Shown here: piece by piece, positions 17,404 through 26,170 of the stretch | Layout of the letters: the number at the start of each line of letters is the position of its first letter | How positions within the stretch are numbered: position 1 is the stretch's first letter | Assembly: GCA_942493095.1 (NCBI GenBank) | Contig: OW818675.1 | Coordinates: 2,640,001 to 2,672,000, forward strand | Source of the DNA: Candidatus Electronema halotolerans | Lineage (GTDB): Bacteria > Desulfobacterota > Desulfobulbia > Desulfobulbales > Desulfobulbaceae | Direction: 5' to 3' | DNA length: 32,000 bases | Notes under the pieces: generated by a model | The model's input: only the letters and a program-made list of their open reading frames with translations | Told to the model about the DNA's origin: nothing | Databases searched by the model: none | Program-made: the position numbers and the translations under genes

Positions 17404-18045
17404 ATGAAATGGCGGAAAACAGCAGCAATGACCGTTGGCCTGCTCATGCTGGCCAGCGGCAATGTTTGGGCAGGGGGTACGATTGTCGCTTTTGGTGACA
17501 GCATCACCGCAGGCTATCCGTATCTGAAAGTCGGCAATGGCTGCACCAACTGTGGCGGCTATGAGCCGTTCCTTCAGTATTATCTGAACTGGGAGGGCAA
17601 GGGAAAAACTGTCTATAACTACGGTGTGAGCGGAGAATATCTGACCTTCAGCGGCATCAACCGCATTGACAGCGTCATGGCGGCGGCATGGCCTGATCAT
17701 GTGCTGTTTATGGAGGGCACCAATGATCTTGGCCTGTATGTTGATCCGGCCACAGTGGCCTACAACGTCTATCAAGCGGCTGCGAAAGTGGTGCAGTACG
17801 GCGGCAAGCCGATAGTCGGCCTGCTCACCCCGGACACCAAGCATTCATACAAAAAAATAAGCACAACCAACAGCTACATCAAAAGTTATATCGACAGCAG
17901 TCCGCAGATATGCCTGATTGATCAATACAGCGCGCTGGCACCGTACTGGAACAACGGCTACAACAGCGACGGGCTGCATCCCAACTACTACGGCTACTGG
18001 CTTATGAGCCTGTACTGGTATTATGCGCTGTCCATCTGCGGCTGA
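17404..18045 (+). CDS. Secreted SGNH/GDSL-family hydrolase (esterase/lipase)
   Basis: Signal peptide, then SGNH blocks I FGDSITAG, II GVSGE, III GTND and V DGLHPN. GGAG lies 7 nt upstream of ATG 17404; the alternative ATG at 17398 is too close to the RBS. Confidence 0.75.
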   Translation: MKWRKTAAMTVGLLMLASGNVWAGGTIVAFGDSITAGYPYLKVGNGCTNCGGYEPFLQYYLNWEGKGKTVYNYGVSGEYLTFSGINRIDSVMAAAWPDHVLFMEGTNDLGLYVDPATVAYNVYQAAAKVVQYGGKPIVGLLTPDTKHSYKKISTTNSYIKSYIDSSPQICLIDQYSALAPYWNNGYNSDGLHPNYYGYWLMSLYWYYALSICG

Positions 18046-18048
18046 AGC

Positions 18049-18684
18049 TCAATCAGCCGGCAGGTTCTCAGCCGCCTCATTTGATTGAAGAAAGGCCTGA
18101 TATTCTTCCTCGGTGAGCATATCCTTGAGCTTGATTTTCAGGCGTTCCCGGCTTTCCTGAAGCAGGCGGAACATGGTTTCAGGAGCAGGCGGCGAGTCGG
18201 ATGAGACGGAGACTGCGTTCTCCATGTTCTCCATCTCCTCTTGGTAGGCCGCCTGCACCTGCGCCTTTTTTTCCGCATCAAGGCCGCTCATCCAATCCCG
18301 CACCCGATCAGCTTCGGTTTTTTTCTGCTGCGCCCGCACCAGCGCATTCTGCCGCCTGATCAAGTCAGCAGTCGCCTGCCAGAGCTGTTGTTTTTGTTGT
18401 TCAAGAATGTCGAGCCGCTGTGACACGGCTGCCACCTGCTGGATCAAGTGTTCATCTGACTGGTTGACTGGGGCTGGCGGACTTTGAACAACAGTTTGCG
18501 CAGGCGGAGAGGCGGCGGGAGTCTTAAATTGGGCGAGCCGCTCTTCAAGCTGGTCAAGTCGTTCGTTGAGCTGTCTTTGCGCAAAAGACAGGGTTTCCTC
18601 GTGCGGATAGGAAGCGTATTCTGCGGCAAAGCTGGCAAAGCAGACCAGACAGAAGGTCTGAAGAAGGAAGATTTTCCAAGACAT
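18049..18684 (-). CDS. Secreted Q/E/A-rich coiled-coil protein, function unknown (weak Spy/CpxP-like LTxxE motif)
   Basis: Signal peptide MSWKIFLLQTFCLVCFASFA. The sequence is heptad-like and Q/E-rich, with DMLTEEEYQAFL near the C-terminus. Confidence 0.45.
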   Translation of the reverse strand: MSWKIFLLQTFCLVCFASFAAEYASYPHEETLSFAQRQLNERLDQLEERLAQFKTPAASPPAQTVVQSPPAPVNQSDEHLIQQVAAVSQRLDILEQQKQQLWQATADLIRRQNALVRAQQKKTEADRVRDWMSGLDAEKKAQVQAAYQEEMENMENAVSVSSDSPPAPETMFRLLQESRERLKIKLKDMLTEEEYQAFLQSNEAAENLPAD

Positions 18685-18692
18685 GATAGTTG

Positions 18693-18724
18693 CAAAAACA
18701 GCCGGAGAGGCAACACTCCGGCTG
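18693..18724 (-). terminator. Rho-independent terminator after the cytochrome c peroxidase gene
   Basis: The minus strand reads CAGCCGGAG-N8-CTCCGGCTG followed by TTTTTG, 17 nt after the stop at 18741. Confidence 0.55.
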
Positions 18725-18740
18725 TGGAACTGCTGCTGGA

Positions 18741-19736
18741 TCAGTCCTCAAACGGCTTGGGCTGCGGGGTCTTGTCAGAAGACGGCGGCAGGATTGGCAG
18801 AATGAAGGACGGCTGCTCGCCGGTCAGACTTTTGAGGAAGGCGACAATTTTGGCGTTTTCCTCATCAGTGAATTTTTTGCCGAGCTGGAGACGGCCCATT
18901 GTATCCACGGCCTGAGTCAGGGTCGCGGCCCCGCCATCGTGGAAGTAGGGATAAGTCAGCTCAACATTGCGCAGAGTGGGCACTTTGAAATTGAAGCGAT
19001 CCTCATCCTTGCCTGTGACTGCCTCGCGGCCCACAGTCGGACTCTTGGAATTGTACTCCTCCTTCACGCCCATTTTCTGGAACGAGCTGCCGCCGACCGC
19101 GATCCCGTAATGACAGGCCACGCAGCCGGAATCCTTGAACAGCTTATAACCGGCCAGCTCCTCCTCGCTCAGGGCCTTGGCATCGCCGAGCAGCCACTGG
19201 TCAAAGCGGGAATTGGGCGTGACCAAGGTGTTCTCAAATTCGGCAATGGTGGCAGTGATCCGCTCAATATCAATCTTGTCATCGCCAAAAACTAACTTGA
19301 ACTCGGTCACATAGCCAGGAATTGACTTGACGGTCTCTTCAGCCAGCTCATGGGTGAAGGCCATTTCGCCGGGATTGGCAATCGGCCCGCCTGCCTGCTC
19401 CTTCAGCGTTTCAGCCCGACCATCCCAGAACTGGACAAAGTTCAGGCTCGAATTGAGCACGGTCGGGGCGTTGATCGGTCCCTTCTGCCAGTTGTGGCCA
19501 ATGGAGGTCTTGAGATTGTCTGAGCCGCCCATGCTCAGATTATGGCAGGAGTTGCAGGAAATGAAGCCTGACTTGGACAGGCGGGGATCAAAGAAGAGCT
19601 TCTTGCCCAGTTCAGCCTTGGCCACGTTGATCTGACCAACCGGCGGCACCGGCTCAATCGGCTCTGCCGCCCAAGCGGCTCCGGCAGACAGGATTGCCGC
19701 GACAACGGCTGTTGAAACCAAGCACTTGCTCACCAT
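18741..19736 (-). CDS. ccpA: Di-haem cytochrome c peroxidase (CcpA/MauG family)
   Basis: Two CxxCH motifs (CNSCH, CVACH) in the conserved context ...FFDPRLS..., ...FWDGRA... and ...PTLRNV... . Signal peptide MVSKCLVSTAVVAAILSAGAAWA. I place the start at ATG 19736, with GGAGG 8 nt upstream. Confidence 0.85.
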   Translation of the reverse strand: MVSKCLVSTAVVAAILSAGAAWAAEPIEPVPPVGQINVAKAELGKKLFFDPRLSKSGFISCNSCHNLSMGGSDNLKTSIGHNWQKGPINAPTVLNSSLNFVQFWDGRAETLKEQAGGPIANPGEMAFTHELAEETVKSIPGYVTEFKLVFGDDKIDIERITATIAEFENTLVTPNSRFDQWLLGDAKALSEEELAGYKLFKDSGCVACHYGIAVGGSSFQKMGVKEEYNSKSPTVGREAVTGKDEDRFNFKVPTLRNVELTYPYFHDGGAATLTQAVDTMGRLQLGKKFTDEENAKIVAFLKSLTGEQPSFILPILPPSSDKTPQPKPFED

Positions 19737-19968
19737 CGTATTTTCCTCCAATCTTTTTTGTGATTCAGAACAATGCTGCGGCGCGCAGCCTTGATACCTA
19801 TTGTAGCGGAAAGCTGCGGATAAAGTCAAAGAGGAAAACGGCTGCCAGCCGCATCTTCCAAGTGCCTTTTTTTGAGCAAAGAGAAAAACTGTCTTGAGCT
19901 GGCGCGCCGCATCGGCTATGACAACAAGAGCACCTTCTTCATCTCAACAGACAACTGCGCCGTCCGCC

Positions 19969-21144
19969 ATGAACTTTTTTCTGCTCTGTCCAGCCCTGCT
20001 TGCCTGTGTCTGCACGATTTTTGTCCTCCATGAAAGCATGCAGTATCACCGGCACATCCGCAGGCTGGACGACAGCGCGCCTTTGGATGCCGCTGAAGTC
20101 CCTCTGCTTTCCATCATCATTCCGGCCTGCAACGAAGAGCGGCATATTGAAGCCGCGCTGACCTCTGTGCTGGCCTTGGAGTATCCAAGATTGGAAATCA
20201 TTGTTTTGGATGACCGCTCAACAGACGGGACAGCCGAGCTGCTGCACCAGATGGCGGAAGAACAACCCCGGCTGCGGGTGGTCACGATCCGCGCTCTGCC
20301 GCCCGGCTGGCTGGGCAAAAATCATGCCCTGCATGTCGGCGCGGAGCAGGCTGAAGGCGAATATCTGCTCTTCACGGATGCGGACGTGCGCATGGCCCCG
20401 GACACGGTCAGCCGCGCCGTGGCCCGGATGCGGGAGCAGAACCTGGATCATCTCTGCCTGACCTTCCACTTGGACATGCCCGGTCAGCTCTTAGCCATGC
20501 TGGCCGCAGACAGCCTGTCCGGGCTGATGACCCTGTTCAAGCCGTGGCGGGTCTCAGAACCGAATCCCCGCTATTTCCTCGGAACGGGCGGCTTCAATCT
20601 GGTCCGCAAGAGCATGTATGCGCGTTTTGGCGGCCACCGCCCCATCCGTCTCTGTCCGGTGGATGACATCCTTTTAGGTAAATTGGTCAAGCGCAATGGC
20701 GGCAGGCAGGAATGTTTGGACGGCTGCAATTTTGTCACTGTGCCGTGGTACAGTTCAGTGCGGGAGATGGCGGACGGGCTGCGCAAAAATGCTTTTGCGG
20801 TATTAGATTATCAAATCAGCCTATTCTTGCTTTTCACCCTGACACTGATCGTCTGTCAAATTCTGCCGTTCTGGGGCCTGCTGCTGACTGAGGGAACAGT
20901 GCGCCTGCTCTGCGGTCTGACCGTGGCGGCCATGTTTTTTGCCCAGCTCATCGCAGTCCGGGCCTTTGCTTTGCCGACTGCCTGCCTGCGCTGGTTTCTC
21001 GTTGTTCCATACCTGAAACTCTGGATCATCTGGCGGGCAGTCATCACCACCCTCATTCGGGGAGGCATTGACTGGCGGGGAACCTTTTATTCTTTGAAAG
21101 AGCTGAAGCGGAACATGGTGCCGCTCATGCCGTGGAGAAAATGA
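19969..21144 (+). CDS. Family 2 glycosyltransferase, membrane-bound
   Basis: LLSIIIPACNEE..IIVLDDRSTDGT..FTDAD are the GT2 DxD-type motifs. There are N- and C-terminal hydrophobic spans. I chose ATG 19969. Confidence 0.75.
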   Translation: MNFFLLCPALLACVCTIFVLHESMQYHRHIRRLDDSAPLDAAEVPLLSIIIPACNEERHIEAALTSVLALEYPRLEIIVLDDRSTDGTAELLHQMAEEQPRLRVVTIRALPPGWLGKNHALHVGAEQAEGEYLLFTDADVRMAPDTVSRAVARMREQNLDHLCLTFHLDMPGQLLAMLAADSLSGLMTLFKPWRVSEPNPRYFLGTGGFNLVRKSMYARFGGHRPIRLCPVDDILLGKLVKRNGGRQECLDGCNFVTVPWYSSVREMADGLRKNAFAVLDYQISLFLLFTLTLIVCQILPFWGLLLTEGTVRLLCGLTVAAMFFAQLIAVRAFALPTACLRWFLVVPYLKLWIIWRAVITTLIRGGIDWRGTFYSLKELKRNMVPLMPWRK

Positions 21145-21836
21145 TGGAATTTCGCAGTTTCCCTGATCAAAAAACCTTAGCCGTTGCATTGGCCGACCAT
21201 ATCGGCAAGGCGTTGCAGAACAGCATTGCCAAGCGCGGCCAAGCCAGCTTGGTTGTCTCTGGCGGCTCCACGCCGCTGCCTTTGTTTGCGCAGCTGGCCG
21301 CACTGACTCTGCCTTGGCCGCAGGTGGTGATCACTTTGGCCGATGAACGCTGGGTGGAGCCGTCTTCTCCTGATGCCAATGAATTGTCAGTCCGGCGGCA
21401 CCTGCTGCAAGATCAGGCCGCAGATGCCGTTTTTATCGGATTGAAAAACAAAGCGGCGGCGGCTGAGGATGGCCAAGCGGAATGTGAACGCCGCCTGCAA
21501 GCGATTTCCCAGCCCTTCACCACTGTCATTCTCGGCATGGGCAATGACGGCCACACGGCCTCGCTGTTTCCCTGCGCGCCGCAACTTGCCGTTGCTGTTG
21601 ACATGAACAGCGGCAGGCTCTGCGCCGCAGTCAGGCCGCAGACTGCGCCGCATGAACGGATGACCCTGACTCTGCCTGCCATTTTGACGGCAGAGGAAAT
21701 TATTCTCCATATCACCGGGCCGGAAAAAAAAGCGGTGCTGGACAAGGCCTTGGCGGACGGCCCGCCCGAAGCAATGCCAATCCGCTTCATTCTCCGGCAG
21801 CAGGCCGTGCCAGTCACGGTGTATTGGGCGGCCTGA
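21141..21836 (+). CDS. pgl: 6-phosphogluconolactonase
   Basis: LVVSGGSTPLPLF and GMGNDGHTASLFP motifs. ATG 21141 overlaps the GT2 stop (ATGA). ATG 21144 is an equally possible start. Confidence 0.8.
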   Translation: MMEFRSFPDQKTLAVALADHIGKALQNSIAKRGQASLVVSGGSTPLPLFAQLAALTLPWPQVVITLADERWVEPSSPDANELSVRRHLLQDQAADAVFIGLKNKAAAAEDGQAECERRLQAISQPFTTVILGMGNDGHTASLFPCAPQLAVAVDMNSGRLCAAVRPQTAPHERMTLTLPAILTAEEIILHITGPEKKAVLDKALADGPPEAMPIRFILRQQAVPVTVYWAA

Positions 21837-21840
21837 TTTA

Positions 21841-22725
21841 TCAGGCAGTGATCTCGGTGCCAATGCCCTTGTCAGTGAAAATCTCCAGCAGGAGGGCGTG
21901 CTCCTGCCTGCCGTCAATGATGTGAGCCTTGTTCACGCCGCCATTGATTGCTGAGGCGCAGCAGCGCAGTTTGGGAATCATGCCGCCCTTGATTGTGCCG
22001 TCCGCAATCAGTGGCTCAATTGAGTTCAGGGCAATGGAGGAAAGCAGCCCGCCTTGGCTGTCCTTCACGCCCTCGACATCAGTGAGCAGAATCAGCTTGG
22101 CCGCCTTGAGTTCAGCGGCAATGGCTCCAGCCACCAGATCGGCATTGATGTTGTAGGCTTGGCCGTCCTCGCCCACGCCCACTGGCGCGATCACCGGGAT
22201 GAAATCCTTGGCATCCAAGGTTTCGAGTATGTCCGGGTTGATCCGGGTCACTTCTCCCACCTGGCCCAAGTCAATCAGCTCCGGCGGCGCATTCTCGGTC
22301 TCCGGCTTGCCAAGCACCTTCATTTTCTTGGCTTGGACCAAGTCGCCGTCCCGGCCTGACAACCCCACCGCCCGCCCGCCGCAGTGGTTGATCAGGCCGA
22401 CAATTTCCTTGTTGACCTTGCCGACCAAGACCATCTCGACCACGTCCATGGTCGCGCCGTCCGTGACCCGCATCCCCTGCACATAGCTGGAGCTGATCTG
22501 CATCTTGTTGAGAAACTCGTTGATCTGCGGCCCGCCGCCGTGGATGATCACCGGATTGATGCCAATGTACTTGAGCAGGATCACATCCAAGGCGAAATTT
22601 TTTTTCAACTCCTCGTCAACCATTGCGTGGCCGCCGTACTTGATGACCACTGTTTTTCCGTTGAATTCTCTCAGGTAAGGCAGGGCTTCGATCAGCACCC
22701 TGGCCTTGGACAGCTCCTTCTGCAT
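21841..22725 (-). CDS. argB: Acetylglutamate kinase
   Basis: [10 protein letters not shown]...IHGGGPQI...NINADLVAG are the canonical ArgB blocks. GGAG RBS upstream. Confidence 0.9.
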   Translation of the reverse strand: MQKELSKARVLIEALPYLREFNGKTVVIKYGGHAMVDEELKKNFALDVILLKYIGINPVIIHGGGPQINEFLNKMQISSSYVQGMRVTDGATMDVVEMVLVGKVNKEIVGLINHCGGRAVGLSGRDGDLVQAKKMKVLGKPETENAPPELIDLGQVGEVTRINPDILETLDAKDFIPVIAPVGVGEDGQAYNINADLVAGAIAAELKAAKLILLTDVEGVKDSQGGLLSSIALNSIEPLIADGTIKGGMIPKLRCCASAINGGVNKAHIIDGRQEHALLLEIFTDKGIGTEITA

Positions 22726-22889
22726 GGCATGGCTCCAATATGGTTGTGAATGCGGCTTTTCTTCTCTGAACAGGGAGATGGAAAGGCTTTACATTTCCCG
22801 GATAACCCTGTATCTTTATCTTCTGCGCAGCAAAAAGACGCAGGGCTTTGCAGCCGCCTTATTACACCATGATTCAGACAGAGACAGCA

Positions 22890-23417
22890 ATGTATTTTTT
22901 TTCCCGCGCCGCCCGACCGCTGACCGCCGCCATTCTCGCCGCCGCTCTGCTGCTCCCGGCAGGGCCAGCTTTAAGCAAGAGCGACGATCCGCCGATCAAC
23001 ATTGAAGCGGACCGCATGGTCTCGAAAGAGCAGAGCAATACCGTGGTCTTCACTGGCAATGTTGATGCCAGCCAAGGCAAGATCACCATCCGCACCGATG
23101 AGATGACCGTCCATTACGAGGAGGAGGGCAGTCCCGGCAAGGACAAGAAAGACAAAAAGAAATCCAGCAAGGTGAAGCGGCTGGTCTGCATCGGCAATGT
23201 GGAAGTGACCCAGGATGACTGGCTGGGCACGGGCGAGCGAATGGACTACTATGCGGACGAGCGCAAGGTGGTTCTCACCGGCAATGCCAAGGCCTGGCAG
23301 GGCAAGAACATGGTTTCCGGCAAGACCATCACCTATTATTTGGATGAGAAGCGCTCAATCGTGGAGCAGGATCAAAGCAAGCCGGGCCGGGTCAGGGCGG
23401 TCATTCAGCAAGACTGA
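22890..23417 (+). CDS. lptA: LPS transport periplasmic protein LptA (OstA-like)
   Basis: A signal peptide followed by IEADRM......TGNV....G...I.AD OstA-type repeats. It lies directly upstream of lptB-rpoN. I chose ATG 22890. Confidence 0.75.
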   Translation: MYFFSRAARPLTAAILAAALLLPAGPALSKSDDPPINIEADRMVSKEQSNTVVFTGNVDASQGKITIRTDEMTVHYEEEGSPGKDKKDKKKSSKVKRLVCIGNVEVTQDDWLGTGERMDYYADERKVVLTGNAKAWQGKNMVSGKTITYYLDEKRSIVEQDQSKPGRVRAVIQQD

Positions 23418-23420
23418 GGC

Positions 23421-24152
23421 ATGAGTTCCGCCGCTGTTCTGGAGACCAGCAATCTGGTCAAGGAATACCGCGCCCGCCGGGTGGTTGATCAGGTCAGCCT
23501 GCAAGTGCGGAGCGGTTCGATTGTCGGCCTGCTGGGACCGAACGGGGCAGGGAAGACCACGACCTTTTATTCTATCGTCGGCTTCATCCGGCCCAGTTCC
23601 GGCCTGATTATTCTCAACAACGAGGACATCAGCGAACTGCCCATTCATCAGCGGGCTGCCAAAGGCATCACCTATCTGGCGCAGGAGCCGTCGGTCTTCA
23701 AAAAGCTGACCGTAGAGGAGAACATCCGCATTGTCCTGGAGCCGCTCGGCCTGAGCCGCAACGAGATCAGAAGCCGAATCCAGGAGCTGATGGCGGAACT
23801 CAAGATTGAGTATTTAGCCAATAACAAGGGCCATGCCCTGTCCGGCGGCGAGCGGCGGCGGGTCGAGATCATGCGGGCCTTGGCTGTGCGGCCCCGCTTC
23901 ATTCTTTTGGATGAGCCATTCGCCGGCGTGGATCCGCTTTCTGTGGCTGATCTTCAGCAAATCATCCGTGATCTCAAGGCAAAAGGCCTCGGCATTCTCA
24001 TTTCTGACCACAATGTCCGCGAAACGCTGCAAGTCTGTGATTTCGCCTATATCATGAACAGCGGTCAGATACTGACCAACGGCGCGGCCAGCGACATCAT
24101 TCGCAGCGAGCTGGCCAAGAAGATGTATCTTGGCAAGAATTTCACTCTGTGA
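23421..24152 (+). CDS. lptB: LPS export ABC transporter ATPase LptB
   Basis: Walker A GPNGAGKTT, ABC signature LSGGERRR and Walker B ILLDEP. It occupies the conserved position before rpoN. Confidence 0.9.
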   Translation: MSSAAVLETSNLVKEYRARRVVDQVSLQVRSGSIVGLLGPNGAGKTTTFYSIVGFIRPSSGLIILNNEDISELPIHQRAAKGITYLAQEPSVFKKLTVEENIRIVLEPLGLSRNEIRSRIQELMAELKIEYLANNKGHALSGGERRRVEIMRALAVRPRFILLDEPFAGVDPLSVADLQQIIRDLKAKGLGILISDHNVRETLQVCDFAYIMNSGQILTNGAASDIIRSELAKKMYLGKNFTL

Positions 24153-24206
24153 GCGCACCGGCATGAAGCAGGACTTTGACCAGCGCGCCGCCCTTCTGCC
24201 GCGCCC

Positions 24207-25670
24207 ATGAGCTTGGAACTTCGGCAGCAGCTCAAGCTGGCCCAGAAGCTGGTCATGACCCAGCAGCTCCGCCAGGCGATTCAGCTTCTCCAGATGAACC
24301 GGCTGGAGCTGACCACGGCCTTGCAGGCGGAAATGGAGCAGAATCCCATGCTGGAGGAGGTGGACAGGACTTTGGAGCCAAGCGGCCCGGAAGCTCTGTC
24401 AGCGGTTGAGGAGGCGGGCAATGCCGACGTGGAGATGCTGATCACCGGCCAAGTGGCTGGAGACAGTCCGGCAGCTGTGGGTGAGGTCAACTGGGAGGAT
24501 TATGCCAACAACTTTGAGGCGGATTTTTCCTTTGCTCATGAGACCCCGCCTGCGGATGCGCCCTCACGTTTTGACTTCACCTCTGCCGCGCCCGGCCTGA
24601 CCGCCTTTCTCGCTTGGCAGCTCACGCATCTGAGCCTGACCGAGGCGGACATGGAGATAGCCCGCTGCATTCTCGGCAACTTGGATGGACATGGTTTCTT
24701 AGAGGCGGAAATTGCTGATATCTGTGCCGAGACCGGCTGTCCTGAAAAAGAGGCCGAGGCGGTGCTGCGGCTGGTGCAGAGTCTCGATCCGCCCGGCATT
24801 GCCGCCCGCACCTTGCAGGAATCGCTTCTGCTCCAGCTGGAGCGGAAAGATATGGAGGACACCCTGACGTGGCAAATTGTCACTGAGTGCATGGATGAAT
24901 TGGCGGGCCGTAACTTTGCCGCCATTGCCCGCCGAACTGGCTCCACAGCGCGGGAAGCGCAGAGCGCGGCGGCAGTGCTGGCTGAATTGACCCCATATCC
25001 GGGCAATGAATACAGCAATGAGCAGACTCGGTATATTACGCCGGATGTCTATGTGCTCAAAGTCGGCGACCAGCTCGTGGTCTCGCTCAACAACGAGGAG
25101 CTGCCTGAAGTGCGGCTCTCCGCTGCCTATCAGGAGCTGCTTGACAACAAGAAAGCCGCTCCTGATCCTGCGACCAAAGAATATTTGCAGGAAAAAAAAC
25201 GCAATGCCCAGCTCCTGCTCAATGCCTTGGACTACCGGAAGAGCACCATCTGCCGGGTCATGGAGAGCATTGTCAAATTCCAGCCTGAGTTTTTTATCAA
25301 AGGGCCGAGTGCCTTGAAACCTTTGGTCCTCAGTGATGTGGCCCAGGAGCTGGGGGTGCATGAATCCACGGTCAGCCGGGCCACAGCGAATAAATATGCG
25401 CACACGCCGCAGGGGCTGTATGAGCTGAAATATTTTTTCTCCACCGCCGCCACCACTGACGCAGACACAGGCGAGGAGCTGACTGCGGTGTCGATCAAGC
25501 AGCGGCTCGGCCAGCTCATCCGCGCCGAGGATGCAGCCAAGCCTTACAGTGACAGCAAGCTGGCTGACATGCTGGAAGCGGAAGGGATCAAAATAGCCCG
25601 CCGCACTGTGGCCAAGTATCGCGAACAGATGAAGATTCTTCCGGTCAAGCACCGCCGCCGGAAAGATTGA
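24207..25670 (+). CDS. rpoN: RNA polymerase sigma-54 factor RpoN
   Basis: Region I is the N-terminal Q/L-rich stretch (LRQQLKLAQKLVMTQQLRQAIQLLQM). The C-terminal part has an HTH and the RpoN box ARRTVAKYR. Confidence 0.95.
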   Translation: MSLELRQQLKLAQKLVMTQQLRQAIQLLQMNRLELTTALQAEMEQNPMLEEVDRTLEPSGPEALSAVEEAGNADVEMLITGQVAGDSPAAVGEVNWEDYANNFEADFSFAHETPPADAPSRFDFTSAAPGLTAFLAWQLTHLSLTEADMEIARCILGNLDGHGFLEAEIADICAETGCPEKEAEAVLRLVQSLDPPGIAARTLQESLLLQLERKDMEDTLTWQIVTECMDELAGRNFAAIARRTGSTAREAQSAAAVLAELTPYPGNEYSNEQTRYITPDVYVLKVGDQLVVSLNNEELPEVRLSAAYQELLDNKKAAPDPATKEYLQEKKRNAQLLLNALDYRKSTICRVMESIVKFQPEFFIKGPSALKPLVLSDVAQELGVHESTVSRATANKYAHTPQGLYELKYFFSTAATTDADTGEELTAVSIKQRLGQLIRAEDAAKPYSDSKLADMLEAEGIKIARRTVAKYREQMKILPVKHRRRKD

Positions 25671-25709
25671 GCAATCACAACAGGAGAAGAGGGCAGAGGC
25701 AGGCAACTG

Positions 25710-26153
25710 ATGACAGAGCTGACCGAAGAAGGGATCATACTTGAACTGCAGGCCAGAACCAAGGAGGAACTGCTGCATGAAATGGCGGCGGCGGCCCAGC
25801 GGCAGTGTCCGCAGATTGCAGTGGAAATCGTGCGGCAGGCCCTGCTGGAACGGGAGCAAATCGGCTCCACTGGCGTGGGCGGCGGCATTGCCATTCCGCA
25901 TGGCAAGCTGTCCGGGCTGCCGAATTTGCTGCTCTGCTTCGGCAGGTCAGTGCGGGGCATTCCTTTTGAGGCCAAGGACAAGCTGCCGGTGCATCTCTTT
26001 GTCATGATTCTCTCACCTGCTGACATGGCCTCGGAATATCTGCAAACCTTGGGCCGGATCAGTCGGCTGCTCAAGGATGAGAGCACCCGAGGCAAGCTGC
26101 TCCAAGCGGCGAGCGTCAAGACGGTGCAGCAGCTCTTCAGCCGCACCGCCTGA
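25710..26153 (+). CDS. ptsN: PTS EIIA-Ntr nitrogen regulatory protein PtsN
   Basis: The EIIA fold has the phosphorylatable His context GGGIAIPHGK. It lies immediately downstream of rpoN. Confidence 0.8.
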   Translation: MTELTEEGIILELQARTKEELLHEMAAAAQRQCPQIAVEIVRQALLEREQIGSTGVGGGIAIPHGKLSGLPNLLLCFGRSVRGIPFEAKDKLPVHLFVMILSPADMASEYLQTLGRISRLLKDESTRGKLLQAASVKTVQQLFSRTA

Positions 26154-26170
26154 ACAAGAGACAAGAGCAA

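Noticed and set aside
19791-19804. FNR/CRP-like half-site TTGAT-N4-ATTGT about 60 nt upstream of the cytochrome c peroxidase gene
   Set aside because: Only one half-site matches TTGAT-N4-ATCAA. That is too weak to call without comparative data.
24699-25901. 400-aa minus-strand ORF
   Set aside because: It is antisense to rpoN and ptsN, both unambiguous. It is a shadow ORF in GC-rich coding sequence.
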